DNA of 36,193 nt, from NCBI GenBank assembly GCA_046570105.1, contig JBKHVI010000026.1:1-36193 (forward strand), given 5' to 3'. The DNA is from Bacteriovoracia bacterium. Its GTDB lineage: Bacteria > Bdellovibrionota > Bacteriovoracia > Bacteriovoracales > Bacteriovoracaceae. Positions 1-9,431 of the stretch are shown here, in pieces; position 1 is the first letter of the stretch, and every line of letters starts with the position of its first letter. A model generated the notes under the pieces. It made no database searches, was not told the DNA's origin, and saw only the letters and a program-made list of their open reading frames with translations. A program made the translations under genes and the position numbers.

Positions 1-312
1 GCTTTACGCCACAATGATTCTCCGACAAAAGATTCGGGCCTGCGCGCCCTCTGGCAGTTCATGACTCCCAGACTTAAAACCCAATTGCGTGATAAGGCCC
101 TGGTGAGACCGTTTCTAACAGATGATATTTGGGGAGCGTTGGTGGATTTTGATGATTACAAAATTACCCGCGAAAAAATTAACGAGAATGAGGCCAATTT
201 TGAGGTTTCGTTTATTTCCAAAAAACGCCTTGAGCGACGACTGATCGTGTCCTTACAGAAAAAAGAAGATCTGTGGTTGGTGGAAATGTTGGCGAAGAAA
301 TCACAACCCTAG
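1..312 (+). CDS. 3' part of a hypothetical protein, possibly DUF4864/NTF2-like (5' end outside the window)
   Basis: Frame 1 is open from base 1 (ALRHNDSPTKDSGLRALWQF-MTPRLK...) to TAG at 310-312. The 'L..ND.P..D.G....W.F..P' pattern and the C-terminal beta-strands ending 'W.V' resemble DUF4864 proteins. Confidence 0.45.
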   Translation, partial: ALRHNDSPTKDSGLRALWQFMTPRLKTQLRDKALVRPFLTDDIWGALVDFDDYKITREKINENEANFEVSFISKKRLERRLIVSLQKKEDLWLVEMLAKKSQP

Positions 313-326
313 CGAGAGCGATTTGT

Positions 327-1559
327 TTATTTGATCAATCGAAACACGATTGTGGTTTTCAAAAAGCTTAGACCAAAAGCCAATAAACTATAATTCAGTA
401 CCATGCTTTCTGAAGAGGAGAAGCGAATCAAAAATAGAAAGCTTAGTTTGATCGCTAGTTCAAAAAGCTCAAGATTTAACTGAAGACGTGATCTATTAAT
501 GAAGCGCAAAAAGTTGGTTGTAGGTGTGACAAAAAGAATACTCATGAAATAGGGAATGAGGTTTTTTACCATCGGAGCGGCTCCAAGCCATTTTTCTCCT
601 AGCACGGGGATGAAAAAATCAATCGTTCCCCAAATAATTATGCCAATCGCCGATGATATAAAAAGGGAGAAAACTACAATTTTGAGATAGAAATGTCTCA
701 AGTCTGAAGGATGATCTTTGAGTTCACTAAAACGCTGAATGGTTACGTTAAAAAGCGTTGAACCAACCATCTCCAAAGGGGCCTGAATAAGTCTTTGACC
801 GAGAGCGAAGAACCCCACGGTCGCTAGGCCGTAACTTCTTTCAAGAAAAAAAATAATGATATTATTCGATAAAGCCAAACAGAGATGGTGAGGGGTCACG
901 TAGAGAATATTATCGGAATGCTTTTTGAGAAATTTCAACCAACCGGAAGTTGCGTTTCTCAAATTAATTGAACGAAAATAGCTTTTAATATGTACAAAAC
1001 CACCGACGAAATCACCGATGATTCTTCCCGAAATTAGCCAACTAAAAGTGGGATTAATCCAACCACCGAGAAGTTGAAATATTAAAACAAACAAACTTTT
1101 ATAGATCACTGCCGCTGAAGATATTCTGAGCTCGTCGTATCGAAATGGAAGTTGTTTCGAATTAAAAAAGAAATTATAGCCCCAGCACCAAACCACAAAA
1201 GGAAAAAAGAAAGAGGTAATCTTTTGCGCAAAGCTCCATGGAAGAAAAAAACAGGCAAGACAGAAAAGTGTGCAGGCCAAACCTGATAAAATCGTCGACT
1301 GCAAAAAGACTGTCGCCGACTCATCTTTATCTGCTTGAATGATAGCTAAATCCAAGCGGAAGCTCAGTGTTCCAGCGATGATTGAAATGAGTGCCGTGAG
1401 AGTTCCCAAAAGGCCTAGGTCCTCAGGCGTAAAATAGGCGGTTATGACGAAGGAAGTTACGAAAGTGATAAGTTGAGACATCATAGTCCCGACAAAGACG
1501 ACCTTTGACCTATTGATTAATTTCGACTGAAAGACTTTCTCAATGAAATTTCCACGCAT
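327..1559 (-). CDS. wzx: Wzx-like polysaccharide flippase (MATE/Polysacc_synt family)
   Basis: 410 aa with about 10-12 hydrophobic segments. It has the N-terminal 'GTMMSQLITF...FTPEDLG...SFRLDLAI' and mid-protein 'YGLATVGFFALGQRLIQAP' flippase patterns, and it sits in a glycan cluster. Confidence 0.85.
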   Translation of the reverse strand: MRGNFIEKVFQSKLINRSKVVFVGTMMSQLITFVTSFVITAYFTPEDLGLLGTLTALISIIAGTLSFRLDLAIIQADKDESATVFLQSTILSGLACTLFCLACFFLPWSFAQKITSFFFPFVVWCWGYNFFFNSKQLPFRYDELRISSAAVIYKSLFVLIFQLLGGWINPTFSWLISGRIIGDFVGGFVHIKSYFRSINLRNATSGWLKFLKKHSDNILYVTPHHLCLALSNNIIIFFLERSYGLATVGFFALGQRLIQAPLEMVGSTLFNVTIQRFSELKDHPSDLRHFYLKIVVFSLFISSAIGIIIWGTIDFFIPVLGEKWLGAAPMVKNLIPYFMSILFVTPTTNFLRFINRSRLQLNLELFELAIKLSFLFLIRFSSSESMVLNYSLLAFGLSFLKTTIVFRLIK

Positions 1560-1642
1560 AGAGTTAAAACTCTATGCTATTTCGGATAGGTAAGTCACTG
1601 TTAAAGATTTTCGAATGGAGCCTCATAGATTAAATTTAATAG

Positions 1643-2713
1643 ATGAAGCCGAAGCTCATTTTTCTCACAAAATACTCACGTAATGGCGCAAGCTCTCGCA
1701 TGCGTTCATTTCAGTTTGCTCCATATTTTAGTGAAAAGTTTGATGTGAGTTATCTCAGTCTATTTAGTGAAGCTTACATCAATCAGAAATACCTGGGACA
1801 CAGCACACTTTGGGAAAGTCTGAAATCATACTTAAGGCGCTTTACTGATATTCTAAAACTTCGATCAGCAGACGTCGTTTGGATGGAAAAAGAGGCTTTT
1901 CCCTTTCTCCCCTCTTTCTTCGAAAATGCAGTACGACTCGTCTCAAAAAAACTCATCGTTGATTATGACGATGCCATTTTTCACAACTACGATGATCACA
2001 GATTGAGCATAGTAAAAATGATTCTAGGTAACAAGATAGACCAAGTCATGGCCTCGGCAGATCTCGTGGTGGCCGGAAACGATTACATCGCTCAAAGAGC
2101 TCTTTCGGCTGGCGCTACAAAAGTACAAATTGTTCCAACAGTGATACCCAGTAGTCGCTATCCGGAAATTAAAACTCATCCCACGAACTCTCCTCCAGTG
2201 ATTGGTTGGATTGGAACTCCGATGACACAAAAGTTTCTAGTCGAAATAGAAGCTGTCTTCGATGAGCTTATTAAGACACATCCATTCACGCTGCATTTGA
2301 TCGGGATCACAGAGGATTTTTGGAAAAACAAGAGCTATCGAAAACGGATTGCCTGGACGGAAGAGAGCGAGAGTAGCGAATTAGCAAAGATCGATATCGG
2401 CATCATGCCTCTGACAAATAATAAATTTGAACAAGGCAAATGTGGCTTTAAGCTTATCCAGTATATGGGTTGCTCGAAACCCATACTGGCTTCACCCGTC
2501 GGAGTTAACACCATGATTGTCAATCCGGGAGTCAATGGCTTCCTGTGCACAACTCAGAGTGACTGGAGCAACAGTTTTAAGTATCTACTGGAGAATCCAG
2601 AGATGAGATTGAAAATGGGACAAGCAGGCCGCATGGATTATATCGAAAAATTTACTCAGGAAGCCTGGGGACCAAAACTCGTGGGCTTCGCTGAGAAATT
2701 ATTAGAGGAATGA
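1643..2713 (+). CDS. Glycosyltransferase family 4
   Basis: Motifs GASSRMR, VDYDDAIF, IGWIGT and DIGIMPL...GKCGFKLIQYMGCSKP, typical of GT4 (GT-B fold). Confidence 0.9.
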   Translation: MKPKLIFLTKYSRNGASSRMRSFQFAPYFSEKFDVSYLSLFSEAYINQKYLGHSTLWESLKSYLRRFTDILKLRSADVVWMEKEAFPFLPSFFENAVRLVSKKLIVDYDDAIFHNYDDHRLSIVKMILGNKIDQVMASADLVVAGNDYIAQRALSAGATKVQIVPTVIPSSRYPEIKTHPTNSPPVIGWIGTPMTQKFLVEIEAVFDELIKTHPFTLHLIGITEDFWKNKSYRKRIAWTEESESSELAKIDIGIMPLTNNKFEQGKCGFKLIQYMGCSKPILASPVGVNTMIVNPGVNGFLCTTQSDWSNSFKYLLENPEMRLKMGQAGRMDYIEKFTQEAWGPKLVGFAEKLLEE

Positions 2714-2714
2714 G

Positions 2715-3659
2715 ATGCCAGTAAAATATGAACTAGAAACTGTTAACTGCCTCTCTTGTGACTCCTCATCTTATGAGTTCTACCTCAGAGCAAAGGATCT
2801 AATCAGTCACACGGGAGAAGCCTTCACGGTGGTGAAGTGCAAGGTGTGTGGTCTCAAGTGGACGAACCCAAGAGTGAAAGCAGAGCACATCGGCCAATTT
2901 TATCCTGAGAGCTACGGGCCCTATGCCATCGGGAAAGCCAGAATAACATTTGGTGATGTTTCTCGAAGAATATCATCTCACATTATCGTCTCCGGTTTCC
3001 ATGTCCCAAAAGACAACTACCATGGAAAAAAAATTCTAGAAATTGGATGCTCTTCTGGAGCTTTTTTAAAAAAACTCCAGGACCTAGGTGCTGAAACTCA
3101 GGGGATAGAGTTCTCGGAGTTTGCCGCCCACCAAGCACAGGAGAAAGGTCTTAAGGTTCACGTCGGAACCCTAGATGATTTTAGATCTGCGGATACATTT
3201 GATTACGTATTCGGCTGGATGGTACTAGAGCACCTCTATGATCCCAAAAAAGATTTGAGCTCAATCCGAAAACGGCTAAAACCGAAGGGGATCTTCGCGT
3301 TTTCTGTGCCCAACATTAACTCGCTCGATTTTTTCTTGTTTCGAAAGTACTGGTATGCTCTACAGGTTCCAACGCACATCACTCATTTCGATAAAAAATC
3401 CATAAAAAAAATGCTCCAGGATCAAGGGTTTCGAGTCATTCTTCTCGTGGATCACGTGAGTGCGACGAATTATATTTTTTCTTTAAAGAACTACTTGAAC
3501 GAAAATGGAATTCGACTGTTTGACAGATTCATTCACGCATTCGTCTATAAGAAATGGTTCATGCCACTGCGAAAGAGTATTGATCTATTGATACGCCTTA
3601 CTCACCAATCAGGACGCATGACTGTGTGGGCACAAAAAAATGACCAAGGAGATTTATGA
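2715..3659 (+). CDS. Class I SAM-dependent methyltransferase with N-terminal CxxC...CxxC zinc ribbon
   Basis: CLSC...CKVC; motif [23 protein letters not shown]. The stop overlaps the rmlA start (ATGA). Confidence 0.85.
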   Translation: MPVKYELETVNCLSCDSSSYEFYLRAKDLISHTGEAFTVVKCKVCGLKWTNPRVKAEHIGQFYPESYGPYAIGKARITFGDVSRRISSHIIVSGFHVPKDNYHGKKILEIGCSSGAFLKKLQDLGAETQGIEFSEFAAHQAQEKGLKVHVGTLDDFRSADTFDYVFGWMVLEHLYDPKKDLSSIRKRLKPKGIFAFSVPNINSLDFFLFRKYWYALQVPTHITHFDKKSIKKMLQDQGFRVILLVDHVSATNYIFSLKNYLNENGIRLFDRFIHAFVYKKWFMPLRKSIDLLIRLTHQSGRMTVWAQKNDQGDL

Positions 3660-4531
3660 AAGGAATTATTCTCGCAGGAGGATCTGGAACAAGGCTCTAC
3701 CCCGCGACCCTGGCGATCAGTAAGCAGATGCTTCCCATACATGACAAACCGATGATTTATTATCCGCTCTCTGTTCTGATGCTGGCCGGGATCAAAGAAG
3801 TACTCGTGATCTCGACTCCAAGAGACATCGTCTTCTTCAAAGAACTTCTCAAAGACGGCAGTCAGTTTGGGATCTCGATTGAGTATGCTGTACAACCCAA
3901 GCCTGAAGGCATCGCTCAGGCCTTCATCATTGGCGAAAGCTTCATCGCTGGAGACTCTTGCTGTTTGATCCTCGGTGACAATATTTTTTACGGCCACGGA
4001 TTATCTGAGAAATTAGTTGAAGCATCTAACATAAAAGACGGCGCCGTTATTTTTGCCTACCATGTAAACGACCCTGAGAGATACGGTGTGGTTGAGTTCG
4101 ATCATGCCAAGAAAGCTCTCAGCATCGAGGAGAAGCCAAAAGCTCCGAAATCCTCGTACGCCGTCACTGGCCTCTACTTCTACGATAAAAACGTCGTGAA
4201 GATCGCTAAAGAAATTCAGCCATCCGCTCGCGGCGAACTAGAAATCACGGATGTGAACAAACGGTATCTAAAGGATGATACCTTGAGTGTAGAAATACTC
4301 GGACGAGGTTTTGCCTGGCTTGATACCGGCACCCATGAAAGCATGCTGGATGCCTCGAATTTCATTAGCACGATCGAAAATCGCCAAGGCATCAAAGTGT
4401 CTTGTCCCGAGGAGATCGCCTATCGTAAAGGTTGGATCGATGCCAGCACACTCCGCGAGCTCGCACTTCCGATGCAAAAAAACCCATACGGCCAGTATCT
4501 TTTAAAAATCATTCAAGACAAAATATTCTAA
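3656..4531 (+). CDS. rmlA: Glucose-1-phosphate thymidylyltransferase
   Basis: [41 protein letters not shown]. Confidence 0.97.
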   Translation: MKGIILAGGSGTRLYPATLAISKQMLPIHDKPMIYYPLSVLMLAGIKEVLVISTPRDIVFFKELLKDGSQFGISIEYAVQPKPEGIAQAFIIGESFIAGDSCCLILGDNIFYGHGLSEKLVEASNIKDGAVIFAYHVNDPERYGVVEFDHAKKALSIEEKPKAPKSSYAVTGLYFYDKNVVKIAKEIQPSARGELEITDVNKRYLKDDTLSVEILGRGFAWLDTGTHESMLDASNFISTIENRQGIKVSCPEEIAYRKGWIDASTLRELALPMQKNPYGQYLLKIIQDKIF

Positions 4532-5073
4532 TGAAATTAATCAACGAACCCATGCCCGGACTTAAAGTGCTTGAACCAAGAATCTTCGGTGATAGCCGAG
4601 GGTATTTCATGGAGAGCTATAATCAGAATACGTTTAAAGACCTCGGTATCAAGGACTCTTTCGTTCAGGATAATTTATCGCTGTCGGGGTACGGAACGAT
4701 TCGAGGATTGCATTTTCAAAAAGGCGAATACGCCCAGGCGAAACTTGTGACTGTCGTTCGAGGAGCAGTGATTGATGTGGCCGTTGATCTGAGACCCAGC
4801 TCACCGACCTTTAAGAAATTTTTTGCGATCGAATTGTCTGATCAGAACAAGCTCATCATGTATATCCCACGTGGCTTCGCGCATGGCTTTGGCGTGCTGA
4901 GTGAAAATACGCTTTTTTCCTACAAGTGCGATAATTTTTATTCTCCGACGAACGAAGGTGGCATTCGCTTTGACGATGCGAGCCTCGGAATAGATTGGAA
5001 CATACCAAAAGAGAAAATGATCGTTTCTCCGAAAGACTTACAAAACCCTCTCCTCGCGGAGATCTCCTTATGA
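4531..5073 (+). CDS. rmlC: dTDP-4-dehydrorhamnose 3,5-epimerase
   Basis: DSRGYF, QDN.S.S, RGLHFQ, GFAHGF, YKCD. Start re-assigned to ATG 4531, which overlaps the rmlA stop (TAATG). Confidence 0.96.
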   Translation: MKLINEPMPGLKVLEPRIFGDSRGYFMESYNQNTFKDLGIKDSFVQDNLSLSGYGTIRGLHFQKGEYAQAKLVTVVRGAVIDVAVDLRPSSPTFKKFFAIELSDQNKLIMYIPRGFAHGFGVLSENTLFSYKCDNFYSPTNEGGIRFDDASLGIDWNIPKEKMIVSPKDLQNPLLAEISL

Positions 5074-5936
5074 GAGTTCTCGTCTTTGGGGCCAGTGGTC
5101 AGTTGGGAAAAAAAATACTTGAAACCGCACCCGCGTGGGCAGAGCTTGCTGCTTTCTCTCGCGTGGACGTTGATGTCTCCTCGATGAGCTCTTTAGCTGA
5201 GGTGTTTAACAAACACCAACCAAGTATTGTGATCAATTGTGCGGCCTACACTGCGGTTGATAAAGCTGAAGTCGAGGCAGATCTGGCTTATCTGATTAAC
5301 CAAGAGGCCGTGGATTTCTTGGCGAAGCTCTGCCTCAGTCACAACGCTTTTCTTGTTCATTATTCAACGGACTATGTTTTCTCCGGCAATCAAAGCTCAC
5401 CCTACACAGAAACCTCACCCCTCTCCCCCATGAATGTTTATGGCAAAAGCAAGGCCCAGGGAGAATTAAAGATCCAACAGAGTGGATGTTTTCATGCCAT
5501 CATCCGGACATCCTGGCTATATGGCGAACATGGTAAAAACTTTCTTCATACGATCGCCACAAAGCTGGCCTCAGGTGCGATGGTTAAAGTCGTGGCCGAC
5601 CAAATTGGGAGTCCCACTTATGTCGGAGATTTAGCCGCCGCAACCTGGGAGCTCCTGGCCGATGCGAAACATTTGAAGATGAAAGAAATATTTCATTATT
5701 CAAATGAAGGAGTCGCCTCTTGGTATGACTTCGCCTTTGAAATCGGTATCCTGTCTCAAAAATCGTCTGCGGTTTTACCAATCCGCTCAGATGAATACCC
5801 TACTCCCGCTCGACGCCCTCCCTACAGCGTCTTTGATAAATCAAAGATTAAAACAAAGCTCAAAAGCCCCATTCGCCATTGGAAGCTCGCTCTGAAAGAG
5901 AGTTTCATAAAATATCAGGAAATACATAGAATATGA
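5070..5936 (+). CDS. rmlD: dTDP-4-dehydrorhamnose reductase
   Basis: GASGQLG, AAYTAVDKAE, STDYVF, YGKSK, DQIGSPT. Start re-assigned to ATG 5070 (ATGA overlap with rmlC, GGAG upstream). Confidence 0.96.
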   Translation: MRVLVFGASGQLGKKILETAPAWAELAAFSRVDVDVSSMSSLAEVFNKHQPSIVINCAAYTAVDKAEVEADLAYLINQEAVDFLAKLCLSHNAFLVHYSTDYVFSGNQSSPYTETSPLSPMNVYGKSKAQGELKIQQSGCFHAIIRTSWLYGEHGKNFLHTIATKLASGAMVKVVADQIGSPTYVGDLAAATWELLADAKHLKMKEIFHYSNEGVASWYDFAFEIGILSQKSSAVLPIRSDEYPTPARRPPYSVFDKSKIKTKLKSPIRHWKLALKESFIKYQEIHRI

Positions 5937-6943
5937 AAAACATCATCATCACTGGTGCCGCTGGTTTTATTGGCAGTAATTTCATTAAAAAAATTGCACT
6001 CGCTCCTGAAGCGAAGGATAAGTACCACTTCATCATTCTTGATGCGCTAACCTACGCCGGTGTTTATGAATCGATCCAACCAGACATTGAACAGGCAAGT
6101 AATCTTGAGTTCCATCACATCGACTTAAGATCCGTCGCTGAGCTTGAGAAATTTAAAACGATGAGCATCAGTGGCATCATCCATTTCGCTGCTGAGTCTC
6201 ACGTTGATAATTCTATAAAAAACCCTAATATTTTCGTTGAGACGAATGTGCTAGGAACGCTGAATCTACTAAACCTGGCTTTAGTTTTTCAGCGAAAAGA
6301 TAAAAATTTTAGATTCCTCCACGTGAGCACTGACGAAGTTTATGGCAGTCTCAAAGAATCAGATCCGGCTTTCACCGAACAAAATCCGATTCAACCCAAT
6401 AGCCCGTACAGCGCCTCAAAAGCGAGCTCGGACCTGATGGTCAGATCTTATTTTGAAACCTTCGGATTAAATGCTGTCATCACAAGATGCTCTAATAACT
6501 ATGGTGCTTTCCAGTTCCCAGAAAAACTTATTCCTTTGATGATTGGTCGCGCCCTCGCAAATCAGCCTCTCCCCGTCTACGGAGATGGACGAAACATTCG
6601 TGATTGGATCTACGTCGATGATCACAACTCCGGCGTATGGTCGGCATTCGTAAAAGGCAAGAGTGGTGAAGTTTATAATTTTGGAGGTAACTCAGAACGA
6701 AGAAATATTGATGTCGTAAAGAGTCTCCTGAAAATTCTGAATAAACCTGAAAGTTTAATTTCTTACGTTGAAGATCGCTTAGGACATGATTGGCGGTACG
6801 CAATGAATTCGCAAAAAGCTGCCAGAGACCTTGGGTGGCATCCTACTGTTTCCTTTGAAGAAGGGCTCGCTAAAACAGTAGATTGGTATCTCCATAACCA
6901 ACGCTGGATTGAACTCGTGACTCAAAGAAAAGCTAAGAAGTGA
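5933..6943 (+). CDS. rmlB: dTDP-glucose 4,6-dehydratase
   Basis: TGAAGFIGS, HFAAESHVD, STDEVYG, YSASKA, CSNNYG, DRLGHD.RY. Confidence 0.97.
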   Translation: MKNIIITGAAGFIGSNFIKKIALAPEAKDKYHFIILDALTYAGVYESIQPDIEQASNLEFHHIDLRSVAELEKFKTMSISGIIHFAAESHVDNSIKNPNIFVETNVLGTLNLLNLALVFQRKDKNFRFLHVSTDEVYGSLKESDPAFTEQNPIQPNSPYSASKASSDLMVRSYFETFGLNAVITRCSNNYGAFQFPEKLIPLMIGRALANQPLPVYGDGRNIRDWIYVDDHNSGVWSAFVKGKSGEVYNFGGNSERRNIDVVKSLLKILNKPESLISYVEDRLGHDWRYAMNSQKAARDLGWHPTVSFEEGLAKTVDWYLHNQRWIELVTQRKAKK

Positions 6944-6947
6944 TCGT

Positions 6948-7991
6948 TTACGATTTGATTTTGCGGGTCGCTAACAACCACATCGTAAAAGCTGTGGGGA
7001 TCAACAGAAGCACTGCGATCTGAAGTTCACCGCGAATACCTTGTGCGTAATAAGCTGCCACAATCATCAATGTATTAAACACCACAAGTATCGCCGTTGA
7101 TTGCATGTGGGTTAGCCCACGATCCACTAATAAGTGATGTATGTGACTACGGTCGGCACTAAACGGTGATTTTTTATTTAGCATACGAACAAGGAACACT
7201 CTGAGCGTGTCATACAGTGGCACAATCAAAACCGAGAGCGTAAAAACTGGTACCGTGAGAATTTTATGCGGATGAGAGCGCGGCAGGATGCGGATACTAT
7301 CGATGAACTTAATCGCCAGAATGGCAATAATTAGTCCTACAAGCATCGAGCCGGTATCCCCCATAAAAATTTTTGCCGGGGAGCGATTAAACCAAAGAAA
7401 CCCAAGTAGCGCACCGATCAAAGCAAAACTCAGAATCGCATACTGAGTCATGCCTAAGGCATAGTACCAACTGCCAAAAGTCGCAGCTCCCACTATTCCT
7501 AATGAGGCCGCCAATCCATCGATGCCATCAATCAGATTGAAAGCATTCGTGATGACAATAATTGTGAAGACACTAAAGAAATAACTCACGGGCAGCGACA
7601 TCGTCTTAAGACCAAAAAGCCCATAAAAAGTGGTGAGCTTAATGCCTGCCAAGTGAACAAGAATCACAGCGGCTAAAATTTGACCGGCGAGCTTCTTCCA
7701 GGCCCTGAGATCAATCAGATCATCTTTGATCCCAAGAAAGAACAAAATCAAAAGAGCGCAGATAATATATTGAAGCTCGACGATCTCGGCTTGATTGGTC
7801 CAAAACGTTACAGAAAATAATAGGCCCGCAAAAATCGCCATTCCGCCTAGAGTCGGTACACTTTTTTTGTGGTGCTTGCGCTCACCAGGAACATCAAAGA
7901 GCGACTTCAGTTCGGCCACACGGATGATGCTAGGGATAGCAAACATTGTGACGATGAGGGCCGTTAAAAGACTGAGGATGTAATTTAGCAT
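6948..7991 (-). CDS. wecA: Undecaprenyl-phosphate HexNAc-1-phosphate transferase (WecA/MraY family), probable initiating transferase
   Basis: RKHH..VPTLGG, G..DD, NAFNLIDGIDGL, FN..PAKIFMGDTGS, DRSHIHH; multi-TM. ATG 7991 is preferred over the track's TTG 8021. Confidence 0.88.
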   Translation of the reverse strand: MLNYILSLLTALIVTMFAIPSIIRVAELKSLFDVPGERKHHKKSVPTLGGMAIFAGLLFSVTFWTNQAEIVELQYIICALLILFFLGIKDDLIDLRAWKKLAGQILAAVILVHLAGIKLTTFYGLFGLKTMSLPVSYFFSVFTIIVITNAFNLIDGIDGLAASLGIVGAATFGSWYYALGMTQYAILSFALIGALLGFLWFNRSPAKIFMGDTGSMLVGLIIAILAIKFIDSIRILPRSHPHKILTVPVFTLSVLIVPLYDTLRVFLVRMLNKKSPFSADRSHIHHLLVDRGLTHMQSTAILVVFNTLMIVAAYYAQGIRGELQIAVLLLIPTAFTMWLLATRKIKS

Positions 7992-8007
7992 GTGAGGTAA
8001 AATAGCA
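7992..8007 (-). promoter_or_regulatory. Candidate extended -10 (TGcTATTTT) 7 nt upstream of the wecA ATG; possibly leaderless
   Basis: Minus strand reads TGC-TATTTT-acctcac-ATG, with no Shine-Dalgarno. Confidence 0.35.
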
Positions 8008-8088
8008 TTTTTCAGGGTCAAGCGAGTAGTAATAGTTTAAACATAATGCTACGCCTCAATAAAAATCGCACAATGATACTTTCTGTCA

Positions 8089-8126
8089 GCCCCAAAGTAG
8101 CTGGGCACCTTTTGACACTTTTTGGG
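8089..8126. repeat. Direct repeat copy 1 flanking the AAA cassette (GCCCCAAAGTAGCTG-ggCACCTTTTG-acactttttggg)
   Basis: The 15-bp core at 8089-8103 is identical to 10717-10731, and both copies are followed by CACCTTTTG. Confidence 0.8.
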
Positions 8127-8130
8127 AGAT

Positions 8131-9303
8131 TTATACCAAGTTATCGTTGAGGGACTGCCATATTTCTGAGAATGAAATTGTCTTCGCATTAGCAAATTTT
8201 GGGCCTTCAATAGGTGAGAGGATCCACTTTTCTTTAATACGAATTCCTAAACTATCTAGCACCTTCAATTGCTGCTGGGTAAAATCCTGTGGCTTCGCCT
8301 TCACTTCAGCTGCGATATAAACTTGGTTGGGGAGTTGAATTAAAAAATCAATCTCAACTTGATCTTTTGTCCTTATGAAATAAATCTGTGCTGACTCTCC
8401 GCGATTAGAGAAAAATCGAATGATTTCTCCTAAGGCCATATTTTCTAGCAGATGCCCAAAAGCTGGCGACACTTGTAATGGGCCATAGTCATTCCACCCC
8501 TGCAACCTCGCAGCGAGGGCCACATCTAAAAAATAATATTTTGGTGTTTTGATCAAGCGCTGATTAAGGTTAGAAGCATAGGGCATCAATGAAAAAACAA
8601 TCGCGTTTTCTTCTAATAACCTTAACCACGATTGTACCGTGAGAACCTCAACACCTACGTTTCTCGCAATGTCAGAAGCATTAAATAATTGTCCCACTCT
8701 GCCCGCAGTCAGTTGAAGACACTTACTAAACGCTGCTGTCTTTTCAATGCCTGCCGCTGAAACAATATCTTTCTCTATGAAAGTTGCAATTAAATCATTC
8801 AAGTAGCGGACAGGATTGAGCTCTGGTTTTATATGTAACTCCGGCCATCCACCTCTCATCATGTAAACGCTCAGGTCGATTGAATTAAGTTCATGCAGAG
8901 AGAGTGTATTAAGATCAAAATAACTCGCTCGACCGGCCAAAGATTCTCGTACATCTCGTTGCAAGAGAGTTTGATTAGAGCCCGTAATCCAAATATCTAA
9001 TTTTTTATTTGTAGAACTGCGTCGTTCTTGATCTAGCCGACGCTTGAGTTCAGGAAAAATCTCTGGTGACAAGCTGGCCTCGTCCAAAACGAGGGGCCCA
9101 GATAACTGATCAAAAAATAGTTTTGGATTTTCTTGGGCAAACTGACGCACCGATAGGTCATCAAAATATATCATCTGATACTTTTGAAGTTTCGCCAGCA
9201 AAGATGTTTTACCACATTGACGAGGTCCCTTAAGAACCTTAATTGGCAGCAACTCTTCCTGGCCCTGAGTAAAATATTCTAAAAAATCTCTATGATACCA
9301 CAT
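8131..9303 (-). CDS. AAA_14 ATPase with DUF4143 and C-terminal PD-(D/E)xK-like nuclease motif
   Basis: Walker A GPRQCGKT, Walker B LVLDE, ITGS, ESLAGR, GGWPE, KTPKYYFLD, GHLLEN, EIDF...AEVK. Confidence 0.88.
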   Translation of the reverse strand: MWYHRDFLEYFTQGQEELLPIKVLKGPRQCGKTSLLAKLQKYQMIYFDDLSVRQFAQENPKLFFDQLSGPLVLDEASLSPEIFPELKRRLDQERRSSTNKKLDIWITGSNQTLLQRDVRESLAGRASYFDLNTLSLHELNSIDLSVYMMRGGWPELHIKPELNPVRYLNDLIATFIEKDIVSAAGIEKTAAFSKCLQLTAGRVGQLFNASDIARNVGVEVLTVQSWLRLLEENAIVFSLMPYASNLNQRLIKTPKYYFLDVALAARLQGWNDYGPLQVSPAFGHLLENMALGEIIRFFSNRGESAQIYFIRTKDQVEIDFLIQLPNQVYIAAEVKAKPQDFTQQQLKVLDSLGIRIKEKWILSPIEGPKFANAKTISFSEIWQSLNDNLV

Positions 9304-9340
9304 GCTTGGCTAGTTTACACTTAGACTGTAAATCAGTCAA
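9304..9340 (-). promoter_or_regulatory. Sigma70-type promoter TTGACT-N17-TAAACT-N8-ATG overlapped by inverted repeat TTTACA-N7-TGTAAA
   Basis: -35 at 9335-9340 and -10 at 9312-9317 on the minus strand. Inverted-repeat arms are at 9314-9319 and 9327-9332. Confidence 0.6.
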
Positions 9341-9358
9341 GTGGCAGACCTTGGGATG

Positions 9359-9414
9359 CTGACCAAAAACTATAGTAAGACTGACCAAAAATTACGACAG
9401 GACTGACCAAAAAT
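9359..9414 (+). repeat. Three direct repeats of CTGACCAAAAA at exact 22-bp period
   Basis: Cores start at 9359, 9381 and 9403. Copies 2 and 3 extend to GACTGACCAAAAAT. Confidence 0.9.
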
Positions 9415-9431
9415 GATATACTCTCTTAAGT
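9414..9431 (+). promoter_or_regulatory. Extended -10 (TGaTATACT) 9 nt upstream of ATG 9432
   Basis: TG at 9414-9415 and TATACT at 9417-9422, with no clear Shine-Dalgarno. Confidence 0.5.

Noticed and set aside
3026..3411. A8 homopolymers as phase-variation switches (also 846-853)
   Set aside because: Such short A runs are expected in AT-rich coding DNA, the ORFs are intact, and I saw no long G/C tracts.
9359..9422. Mini-CRISPR array
   Set aside because: The 11-14 bp repeats and 8-11 bp linkers are far too short, and there are no cas genes in the window.
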